From Fistulifera solaris (Eukaryota): DNA of 64,000 bases. Position 1 is the first letter of the stretch. Each line of letters opens with the position of its first letter. The stretch covers positions 124,001 to 188,000 of the forward strand of contig AP026143.1 in assembly GCA_030295235.1 (NCBI GenBank), in the 5' to 3' direction. The notes under the pieces are model-generated. The model saw only the letters and a program-made list of their open reading frames with translations. It ran no database searches and had not been told where the DNA came from. Shown one piece after another: positions 36,862-46,897 of the stretch. The position numbers and the translations under genes were made by a program.

Positions 36862-37759
36862 TAAGGGCTGGTTACTTTTTCAAGGGTCTCCTCGTTCAAT
36901 TAGTACATATTTCTACGTAGGTACATTATGATAATATAGTCAAATTATCTTGGGTCAAACGACCTCCGCCGCGATAAAAGCACGACGACCATGGCAAAAT
37001 GTCATTCATATGGCTGTATCTTATGTTTTAGGTAGCGCTTCCCATTCAAAATCATACAGCACGATTACTTACATAACGATGAACATAATATGTGGAAATG
37101 AACGGGCAGTGAGCTTCCACGGTCGAGATTTCCGCTTTCGAGTCAGTTTTCTACGGTAAAAAAGCACGTGTAGTATCGAATTACGCCCTTTCGTCGCAAC
37201 CCGGTCGACTCTGATAAAAATAAAACATTCGATTAAACCGCATAATTAAACTGATATGATAAGAAAAAGAACAATGCCAATTAAGCTTCATTTGATCGAA
37301 TGACACACCATCATGTTTACACTGGCATTGTGCGGAATTTGCCATGGTGAGATTTTCATTCCGACAGCTTACTGTATCACAGAGTGTACATTTACGGAGC
37401 TATCGCGGCAGGGCGTCCCTGCGTGTAACCAGCCCTTACTAGTTCAAAACCGGAGCGAAAAATTTGCGTCTTTTTCTCACTGACTCACTTTTCGCGCACT
37501 TCTGTTCGCACCGAAATCTGTTGTCGTTCAAGTCCGCAAACAGAATCCAATCGTTGCATCAATTCTTTTGCAGTGCCTTGTGCCTTGTGCCTCCTTTATC
37601 ATCTTTGCCCAAGCCTTGTAGACTATTGACGCATCTGCATCTGCTATTGGAATCATTTTTCTTTGAGGCAGAAGTGCGGCCCTGACGTTAACGAACATAT
37701 CATTTCGCAGAATTATCAACATCGAAGTTCGAGCCGTTTGAAGTCGCAGAAACGCCAAG

Positions 37760-39165
37760 ATGAGTCCAAACTATTCTAGTTATCCTCAAAGTTGGAAGAA
37801 GTTGTCTTGGATCGCCAATATATGCTTGATCGTTTGCATCACACTGTCTTCGGGTGCTGCCCTCGTCACAACAAATGCGAACGGCCCAGCTACAAAATCA
37901 CGAAAGAATGTTTTTTACGCCGACAATACGTTCAAAGTTTCGGCTGAAACTTTCGATGACTTGAATTCATTGTCACCGGAAGAGCGAACGGTGGTATCGG
38001 TGGTTCGTTCTTGCGGACCATCGGTCGGATATGTCACGTCTGTTCTACCCAGCAACGAAGCTCGCAATACCTCACGTACCGTTTTGAACGGCGTTCCGAG
38101 CGGCTTCCCACTCGGTTCGGGATCCTGTTTCATCGTCGACACGACATCCGCCGGAAATGCTACATACTTGGCTACCAATTATCACGTAATCGAACAGGCT
38201 TACGAGCTGCAGTCGATGGACGAATCGGGTCGTAGAATACGAAAGGAGATAGCCGGAAATCTTACCGCTTTTCTACCCAGGAGCAATGAATTGTGCGATT
38301 CTATCAACAAAACAGGTCTCTCTTCCTTTTTCCGACAATCCCGTGCTACCGTAATACCCGAAATTTACGTTCGCGTGAACAGCGCCACCCGCTTTCAGAA
38401 ATGCCGCATTGTCGGCGTCGATCCCAAGTTTGATTTAGCCGTGCTGTGTTTGGAAACCAACCGTTCTTCTGATTCCTTTCAAGCCCTCGACTTTGGTTCG
38501 TCCACCGATCTGGTGGTCGGTCAAGGTCTCATTGCGATTGGTAACCCGTTCGGACTCGAGAGTACGGTGACAACGGGTGTCGTATCAGCGTTGGGTCGCG
38601 AAGTCACGACCGCTCCCCGCCGGCGAGGATTGGTCTCCATACCCAGTATTCCCTTGCGGAATTGCATTCAAACCGATTGTGCGATTAATCCGGGCAACTC
38701 GGGTGGTCCCTTGCTCAACCGGCGGGGCCAAGTGGTGGGCATCAATTCGGCCATTCTCTCCACGTCCGGATCCAGTGCCGGCATCGGATTCGCTGTCCCC
38801 TCCGATGCCATTCAAGAAGAGATTCGTAACATCATTCTTAAGGATTCCCGACGATATTCGCAGCGCGGTATGGTGACATTAGGTGTCGCCATTGTGAAGC
38901 AATCGGCGTGGTCGAACAAGAATTGGATTGCAAAGATTGCTCCAAATTCTCCGGCCGCGAACGCCGGAATGAAACCACTGCAAATGAACCCAGCCCGTGG
39001 ATGCATAGAAGCCGGTGAAGCGATTGTGGCGATTGGTAGTAAGCCTGTCTCAAACTTTGCGGAACTGCAAAGGAACTCTCGCGGTGTGTGCCTGGTGAAC
39101 AACTCTCGATCACCTTGGCAGATTTCATGACACAAGAAAGACGCGTTGTTTATTTGACGCTATAA
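37760..39165 (+). CDS. Deg/HtrA trypsin-like serine protease with PDZ domain (Deg1/Deg8-like, probably plastid)
   Basis: Catalytic triad motifs TNYHVI, DLAVL and IQTDCAINPGNSGGPLL; also AIGNPFG. N-terminal hydrophobic segment. A 1-base shift near 39070 extends the PDZ to a TAA at 39163-39165. Confidence 0.9.
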
Positions 39166-39432
39166 TCACACGTAACAGTCTTAAAATGAGAAAATTTTGC
39201 TACTAACTATGGACTTTATTTAGACTCGAGACTTTTTGTACATAGCCCAGCTTCCATCACGAGTAAAAATTAGTCACGAACGAGTGACATCAGAAAGTGC
39301 GTTTTCTGACGACCACGAAAACTTGCACTTTTCTCCTTGAATAAGCGCGCCATCTTTGAACGACAAAACACACAACGTATTCTTTCCAAGTTAGACCGAT
39401 TCCAATTCGAAAGACATCCACAAATAATAACA

Positions 39433-41256
39433 ATGAAGTCTTTACTGATATTAACATCACTATTAGCACTAACTGCGGATGCTTTGACTGGCACTACCGG
39501 TAGTAGAACGTTCGCGAGACAATCTGCTGGGTTGAAACAATCGACCCTTTCTTCGGAATCATCTTCTACATACCAGGCACCGCTTTCCGAAATTACCAAA
39601 CGCCGCAATTTGGCCATCATCAGTCATCCCGATTCGGGAAAAACAACCATGACCGAAAAGTTGTTACTGTACGGAGGAGCCTTGCAGCAAGCGGGGGCGG
39701 TCCGACACAAAGCCGAACAACGAGCGACGCAATCGGATTTCTTGGCCATGGAACAAGAACGTGGTATCAGTATCAGCAGTACGGTGCTCAACTTCGATTA
39801 TCAAGATTACACCATCCGTTTACTGGATACACCCGGGCATCAAGATTTTTCCGAGGATACGTAAGTTCTCACTACTTATCTTGTCGTCGTTGTTTTTCTT
39901 CTTTCATCTCACTTGTTTTTCGACAGCTACCGCGCGCTCGCAGCCACCGATCAGGCACTCATGCTAATGGACGCCGCGAAAGGTCTGGAACCACAAACTC
40001 GCAAACTATTTGAAGTCTGTCAGCTCCGCTCGATTCCGTTGTTTACCTTTGTCAATAAGATGGATCGACCCGCCTTGTCACCGTACGATATCATGGATCA
40101 AATCGAACAAGAATTTGGTCTTGAACCGCATCCGATTTTGTGGCCCATTGGGGATGGTGATCGTTTCAAGGGCGTGTTGGATCGGACGACGAATACGGTG
40201 CATTTGTATCAGAAAGCGGAGAAACGAGGCGCCAAAGCGGAAGCAACGGAAGTGGCACTGGACGACGAGCGATTAGCGGACTGGATTGGAGACAGCGAAT
40301 TGTACGAAAAATTGATGGAAGACGCAGAATTATTGAACGAAATGATCCCTCCGTTGGACATGGAACGAGTCATGATTGGCAAGCAGAGTCCTTTGTTTTT
40401 TGGATCGGCCATGACAAATTTTGGTGTGCAGCTTTTTCTCGATCATTTCTGCCGGATGGGTACGGAGCCTCTGGGTCGGGAAACGTCGAAAGATATTTTG
40501 ATTACTCCAGACTATGGGGAATTTACCGGATTTGTATTCAAAACGCAAGCCAATCTCGATCCGAAACACCGAGATCGTTTAGCCTACGTTCGTATTGTTT
40601 CGGGCAAATACGAAAAAAGGCATGAAAGTGAATCATTCGCGTTCGAAGCGCCAATACAATTTAGCTCAAGCCCAGGCGTTGTTTGGTTCGGACCGAACGT
40701 CAGTGGATGAAGCTTTTCCGGGTGATGTAATTGGTATTAATAACCCGGGAAGTTTTGCCATCGGTGACACCCTTTACTCTGGAAACTCGCCCATTGCTTT
40801 TCCCGGTATCCCATCCTTTTCGCCGGAAAAGTTTGCGTACATTCGAGCACCTAACCCGTCGGATTACAAATCCTTCAAAAGGGCATTGACCAGTTGCTGG
40901 CCGAAGGGGCGGTGCAAGCCTTGCGCCAACGAAATGACGAAAACGGTCCTCTACTGCTAGCTGCGGTCGGTCAGTTACAGTTTGAAGTAGTACAAGCTCG
41001 GCTGCTGAGCGAGTACAAAGTTGACTCGAAAATGGAACCACTGGGCTATTCCTTAGCGCGATGGGTCGATGGAGGCTGGGAAGCTGTTGAAAAGGCCGAC
41101 AAAGACGGGAAATTATTTGGAATTATGATCGTCCAAGATCAGTGGAAAAGGCCAGTTCTTTTGTTTCGAAATGATTGGAAGGCAGCCAGTCTGGCGGAAG
41201 AAGAGAAATATCTTCAATTGAAGCCTTGGTCGGCCCCTCCAGCTATGGATGACTAA
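39433..41256 (+). CDS. prfC: Peptide chain release factor 3 (bacterial-type RF3), nuclear-encoded with probable plastid presequence
   Basis: [49 protein letters not shown] (across intron 39861-39926), [27 protein letters not shown]. Signal peptide [17 protein letters not shown] followed by an S/T/R-rich transit-like stretch. Indels at A-runs 40613-40618 and 40877-40880. Confidence 0.95.
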
Positions 41257-41634
41257 TTAGTAGATTTGCTGTTCAAGTAGTACATGTCGCCGAGTTTCGT
41301 TCTTGTGAATGAGTTCTGCTAAACGTGGTTTTCGCACGCAAGCACCGACCGGGGCTGAATTGACATAATGGCATGCTGTTTTTCGGTTATGCGAATAGTA
41401 ACGCACTATGTATGTGTGTTCCCCTTTAATGTAATAAAGAATACGCAGACAATCATTTTTCCAACGAAACGAGCTCAATGATAATGATGTAAACCAACTA
41501 TAAATTAACGGCCATCATTGTAACCTGTTTTACACGAAATGCCAAGAGCACCTCGACGCAACGAAACTCATACATTCATTCTTCTGCGTGCTACCTCTGC
41601 TCATAATATTTTCAGAGCAACCAAGATTACCAAC

Positions 41635-42132
41635 ATGGAGAAAAAGGACATTCCAGCTGTGATTGCGATCCAACCGACTGCTGGCGAGGAAGACTCAGCC
41701 ATGCGTCAAGCGACCGTTGCTTTGGCCCGTGCCATCTGTTTCGGAACACACGATGACATTGTGCAAGCGAACCAACGAGTTTCGAGCATTGTGCAGCAGC
41801 AAGTGCGAGAGGCTGTTTATGACATGCAGGAGATGATGGAGGCCCTACAAGATGCCATTGGTAATCATGATATCATTCGGAATCCCAACGTCAGCGCCTG
41901 CAACGGCAAGCCGAAGACATGGAGTTGCTTGGTCTGTAAAAAACCGACGCAGCACGTCTGCAATCATCCCGACTGTCAAGCTTGGAAACGAAGCAGCGGG
42001 TTGCTCGGGACGCCTCTTTGCGGCCCTAGAGCCGATAGTAGCAAGAATCCGGATGGTTTAACATGCATGCAAATTCATAGGCAGAGGCTTCGCGAGGAAA
42101 AAACCGGTTTTGCAAAACAGCACTCAACGTAA
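41635..42132 (+). CDS. Small protein with C-terminal Cys/His-rich Zn finger resembling the piggyBac transposase cysteine-rich domain
   Basis: CLVCKKPTQHVCNHPDC...PLC...TCMQIH spacing. Probable ATG at 41635; no catalytic transposase core. Confidence 0.55.
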   Translation: MEKKDIPAVIAIQPTAGEEDSAMRQATVALARAICFGTHDDIVQANQRVSSIVQQQVREAVYDMQEMMEALQDAIGNHDIIRNPNVSACNGKPKTWSCLVCKKPTQHVCNHPDCQAWKRSSGLLGTPLCGPRADSSKNPDGLTCMQIHRQRLREEKTGFAKQHST

Positions 42133-42454
42133 GGAAGTGCGACCATGCTGCTCTAAGCGCAATAAGTAGTCCATAATGAAACCAACTGAACCTTGATTAG
42201 CTTCCAAGCTAGTTCCTTCGCTTGTTCTTTCGTCCAGTCGTCAATTACCAAATTTCTAGGTAATGTTCGACACCAAATAGGACGATGAGTACCCGTATCA
42301 AAATTGCTTCGGCGTCATCAAAGCTCCTTCGTTACAACCTTACTGTAAACTTTGACGACACGAATTGGCTAGAGCGGTTAGCGAAATCAAAAAACGAGCA
42401 AAGTAAATCCTCTTCTAAATCCCGCAGTTTCACCACGAAAGTATCGTCACGATC

Positions 42455-44140
42455 CTACTGCTTGATCATCGACAAATAAGCTTGATCTTCCCGTTCCTGC
42501 TGGTCCATTTTAAATTCTTCCAATTGTTGTTGTAGCATGGACTGCACGTCACTCGACACCACCAGTCCCTCGGTATCGACATACAGCAAAGACGTGACGA
42601 TGCTGGTATACAGTTCCGGATACTCGTACGCCACCAAACTCGAGAAGGATGGAGGCTTCTTCGGTTGCTCCGACTGTTCCTCCCATTCTCGACGTTGACT
42701 TTGCACCATGCGTAAGATTCCTTGCATAAAACAGATCGATTGATCACGCACCGGATTCCAAATATTCGGATCCACGCCGTTTTCCGCTTGCCGTTCCTGT
42801 TCCACGACGACCGCATGACTCAATTTCACCATGACACCGACGGCGGAACCCGCGCGATGCCATGTCTCGGGTGTACTTTGACTCGTGGGCATTTGCGAAA
42901 GGAGCCAGTGGGCCGCACTGTTGGTCTGGAGCATAGCATGCAACCAGGATACGCACGCCATGGTCAAGTTGGAGGTCAACAATGCGGAATTGGGTAGTAG
43001 GACACGTTCCATGAGATCGAGTACCGTCGCCATGACTTCACGAACCGGTCCCCCGTACGAAGACGACGACTCTGTTTGCGTCCAAAATCCGTAACGCACA
43101 GCATCTCTGCGAGAATGATTCCAAAATTCCACCAGTGTAGCGAGACACACTGATAACCATTCTTGTATGAGCCTGGTTTTGTGCCTTTTCGAGAACGGAT
43201 ACGGCTCCGTTGTTTCCTGCTCATTGTTATTTCCTTTTTCGTCATTCAATGATGATTCAGGATGAATCAATCGAAGAACAACATTCCCTCGCCGAATCAG
43301 CCACAGAGCAGCTCGTCGAAACAATTGCAAAAGTTGCATTCGTAAGGACCACACATCCTCGTGTTCTAGAAACAAACAAATGATCTTCATTCCGGCCATG
43401 GATAATTCCAAATCGTGCGTCTGCAAAATACACGTCTCCCGGATGCGTTGCAACAATATTTCCACGCGACTATTTCTTGGACGGTGCGCGGGTTCCATCC
43501 CAACGGTCGGAGACCACAAGGGGTTCTTCCATTCCTCTTGTTGCAATGGCACGAATTCACCACGCCGACGAATCCGACGAGAGGTCCTGGATGTCGATGT
43601 TTGAGTAGGCGGCGACAACTGCAAGATGGAATACAAGGCTTCCAAATGCTCGGCCTGCCATTCCGGCACCGCACATACAAAATCCAGACAATCGCTCACG
43701 ACATCTCGCGCAGAAATGGGTCGATTCTTTGCCACCATTTGCAACAAGAGGGGTGTGAAGGGTGTTTGTCGATCGACCAGTAATAAATGACGTGCCAATG
43801 TCATGCCACAGGATTCTTTGTGCACCGGAGTGGGAATTTGAGAGACTTGCAGCGGAAGTAAGGTCGTTGCCGGAGGCGTCGGTGCGACGATCGTGTGAGG
43901 AATGCGTTGTTGTTGTTGCTGCTTGTTTTGGGCCCGCGCCAAATTCGCTTCGTGCTGACTTCGTCGTAATTGATCCCGCAAATGCCGTTCGGTGTGTTGC
44001 AATTGACGTTCCACCAGCTGAATCTGATGTTGACATTCGGCTTCCGCCACGGCGAGTGCGGCTTGCAATTCAAAGTTTTCTTCCGCTTGTTGGGCCAGCT
44101 GTTGCTCCAGAAAGGCGATTCTGTCTTGTTCGTTGTTCAT
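42455..44140 (-). CDS. Hypothetical protein (561 aa) with N-terminal coiled coil and helical C-terminal region
   Basis: Uninterrupted ORF with Q/E/L-rich heptads in roughly the first 75 aa. Confidence 0.8.
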   Translation of the reverse strand: MNNEQDRIAFLEQQLAQQAEENFELQAALAVAEAECQHQIQLVERQLQHTERHLRDQLRRSQHEANLARAQNKQQQQQRIPHTIVAPTPPATTLLPLQVSQIPTPVHKESCGMTLARHLLLVDRQTPFTPLLLQMVAKNRPISARDVVSDCLDFVCAVPEWQAEHLEALYSILQLSPPTQTSTSRTSRRIRRRGEFVPLQQEEWKNPLWSPTVGMEPAHRPRNSRVEILLQRIRETCILQTHDLELSMAGMKIICLFLEHEDVWSLRMQLLQLFRRAALWLIRRGNVVLRLIHPESSLNDEKGNNNEQETTEPYPFSKRHKTRLIQEWLSVCLATLVEFWNHSRRDAVRYGFWTQTESSSSYGGPVREVMATVLDLMERVLLPNSALLTSNLTMACVSWLHAMLQTNSAAHWLLSQMPTSQSTPETWHRAGSAVGVMVKLSHAVVVEQERQAENGVDPNIWNPVRDQSICFMQGILRMVQSQRREWEEQSEQPKKPPSFSSLVAYEYPELYTSIVTSLLYVDTEGLVVSSDVQSMLQQQLEEFKMDQQEREDQAYLSMIKQ

Positions 44141-44500
44141 TGTTGTGTTTTAATTGCAGGAAGATGAGTACGGGTATGTTAATAAGAATAATAAAATAAT
44201 ACTTGCTTGCGACGATCATTGTTTCTGGCGGCTTATTATTGCCGTTTATATTTGACGGGAAAAGAGGAAAAAGTAGCGTGACAGTACGTACGCCAACCGT
44301 TACTGAGGACTGCGTGACGCGTGACCCGAAAGATTTTTGACAATAATGAAAAAAAAAACAAGAAAACAAAAAAAAAATGAAAAAAAAGCGTGTGGCTCCT
44401 TGAGAACATCGCAATCATCATTATTTTATCACTTCCTCTGGCTAGAGCGTCCTTTAATTTTCTTTCCATGTTGCTGGATAGCATAATTTGCCCATAGAGA

Positions 44501-46108
44501 ATGCCTTCGTGGACGACACGACGCGTTGTGCGACGGTGGATGACGGCGGGTGGGATCGTCTGGGTCGTTTTTTACACCTGGTGGTACAATAAACATTCCT
44601 GGAACGATCTTTCGATGGCTAGCACGGAAAAGCGACCCGATCCGCATTGCTATTCGACACAGCAATACGCCGCTATCCATTCTCTGGCACAAAACGCCGT
44701 CATTGGGAATTGCGGTGACGATACGAAATTTCATCGCCCCACTCCCCATCGGACCTCCTTGAAAGTAACGGTGGCCCAGTTTCATCCCTCTCTGGAAATC
44801 CACGAGGAATCAACCTATTTTATTCAGATTACCGTACAATTGCAAGCCTACAATTACAACCAACAAGCCCGACATCAGGGTGGTGATGAATTTGTCGGAA
44901 CCATCACGGGATGGTCTCCGGATGGTGTTTTGTTTCAAACGGCACGCGTATGGACCGACCTGCGGAATGGAACGTATCGTGTAACCTTTCGGATACCACG
45001 CATGGAACTGGCAGCCTACCGCATTACATTGATGCACTATTACACCTGTTACGATGGGTTTCTCCAATACAGTACCACAGCGGGTGCAAGTACCTACCGA
45101 CTGCAACGGGGACCGATGATGTTACTGAATTCGTCGTCCTTTTTCTTGCAATTACCTCATCCGAAAGATGCAGAGTCACTGTTACACTACTTGTGGGAGG
45201 AACGGAAGGTGTGTGAATCCAGTCAAGACGGTATTGAGCAACTCACGGAAGGTATCTGGATGGAACGGATTGCCCCACAGAGTAACCCCGAACTCACGTT
45301 GAATGCCCAATGGACTCCGTTTTGTTGTCGTGCTCCGACCGTCACGACCAATCACATTCTCCGGATTGGTTCTTCGACCATGCCCCAGCCTACCTTACAA
45401 GTGGGAGATGTGTACGATCTGAAACGGAACTTTCACGACAAATGGATCCAGTTTTTATGGCATCGTGCACCGACCGAAGAAAATACGATCGTTCTGTCGT
45501 CCGGATTGCATTTTCTGTTCAATGGGTATCATCCCGCCGATTGTGTGCAACTGATCTTGCGGATGATTTGTCAATTGGCGCATCGCTGTTCCGGTCGTAT
45601 TTTAGTGGTGGGACCCGTACCAATTCAGCAGCAATTGTACGATCGAGTCGATATGACCGATTTGAATGTCATGTGGATCAATGCCTTATTGCATCAAGCC
45701 ATTCAAGTGGAAGGTGCGGGGCAATTGGAACGTATTTGCGTGGATCGCACCGATTTGGCGGAATTTCAAACGGTACCGCGCGTGGGACACATTTTGAAAG
45801 GTGCGGAAGCGGAAAAAGCATTGGAGCGGTTACGAGCGAAGGTGTCGTTTCAAATGTCAGTCGAAGAAATCGAATTGATCAAGTTCTTCCACGAGACCAC
45901 GAGCAAAGAAGCACGCATACGTATCTACAGCAATCGGACTGTATGGTTTGCCAACATCGAGCAGTTTCTCCGTCCTCGTCCCGAGACGTACGTCCAAGGA
46001 GACAAAATACATGACAAACGTGACATTAACGGCACTTCGCTGTTTCAGACGGCTCACTCGGAGCTGATCGATCAGTTGGGGATGCTACGTGCCGGGGCAG
46101 GGCCATGA
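44501..46108 (+). CDS. Type II membrane protein, NXPE/PC-esterase-like (filamin-type Ig fold plus SGNH-like domain)
   Basis: N-terminal anchor after RRVVRR. Ig motifs GGDEF...DLRNGTYRVTF. SGNH-like motifs IGSSTM, SSGLH and GDKIH (DxxH). Confidence 0.65.
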   Translation: MPSWTTRRVVRRWMTAGGIVWVVFYTWWYNKHSWNDLSMASTEKRPDPHCYSTQQYAAIHSLAQNAVIGNCGDDTKFHRPTPHRTSLKVTVAQFHPSLEIHEESTYFIQITVQLQAYNYNQQARHQGGDEFVGTITGWSPDGVLFQTARVWTDLRNGTYRVTFRIPRMELAAYRITLMHYYTCYDGFLQYSTTAGASTYRLQRGPMMLLNSSSFFLQLPHPKDAESLLHYLWEERKVCESSQDGIEQLTEGIWMERIAPQSNPELTLNAQWTPFCCRAPTVTTNHILRIGSSTMPQPTLQVGDVYDLKRNFHDKWIQFLWHRAPTEENTIVLSSGLHFLFNGYHPADCVQLILRMICQLAHRCSGRILVVGPVPIQQQLYDRVDMTDLNVMWINALLHQAIQVEGAGQLERICVDRTDLAEFQTVPRVGHILKGAEAEKALERLRAKVSFQMSVEEIELIKFFHETTSKEARIRIYSNRTVWFANIEQFLRPRPETYVQGDKIHDKRDINGTSLFQTAHSELIDQLGMLRAGAGP

Positions 46109-46897
46109 TGCTGTAACTGCTTGTCTACTACTGCTAGTACAACTTTGTTGTTTTTGCTTGTTGAAGCTGCTCCTGATCGATTTTTACCACATTGTCATCC
46201 CCACCCTCATTCAATTGTACTCTGTAGTCCTTTATTGGCAAACAATGCTACATGGCAAGAGATGCGTTATGGCTTTCGATTTCTCAAACCAGAGGTCTAA
46301 CCGTCGATAAACATGCTACTAGTAGACGAAGTGCAGCGCTATTTCTTATCCAGAAGCATGGTCACTATATTCCTGCTGGTCATGATAAATGGCGTATGAC
46401 TCTGCAATATCGCGAGTTTGGGTGGGTGTAAGGGAATTCAGTGCTTCATATTGATTATCACCCAGTTGTCCCGAGAGATAAACCATTCCCCGGAACGGAG
46501 CCGTTCATCCTCATCACCCCAAGGACGACCATTGTTGTCGTTCTGAGGAGCCGCGAGAGTGTCAGCCTTCATGGCGAAAGTCACCGCCGCTTCCGCAAAT
46601 ATCATTTCGGGGCGGGGAGTAATTAGAATTCCTTCTTGAACTTGTCATTATCGTCAATTTCAAAATGAGTCGACTGCAAACTAATGTTGTGAGAGACACC
46701 ATAATACGCGACAAACCCGATTCTACCTGGTACATGCCAGAAAACGTTGTCATCCCACGCCTCTTCGCGTTTGATTCTACAAATCTTTACAACGCAACCT
46801 ACAACCCAAAGTAATTTAATTCTGTAGAAGTTGCCTAGGTGTCTTTGTTAACTCCCGTCGCAGATAAATTCTTTAAAAGAAAACCGCCGTTCCCAAT

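Noticed and set aside
34900..37750. Centromere candidate (gene-poor, partly AT-rich)
   Set aside because: Hand counts give mixed GC (about 28-50% per 60-bp line), not a sustained low-GC block. It would need CENH3 ChIP.
40600..40890. Programmed frameshifting in the release-factor gene
   Set aside because: Autoregulatory frameshifting is known for RF2, not RF3. The two shifts are A-run length changes like those found across unrelated genes in this window.
42455..44140. ATRIP-like assignment for the coiled-coil protein
   Set aside because: Only the coarse architecture fits; no diagnostic motif was recognised.
46110..46760. Degraded gene on the minus strand between the NXPE-like gene and FTHFS
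   Set aside because: Only short protein-like fragments broken by stops, with no recognisable family.
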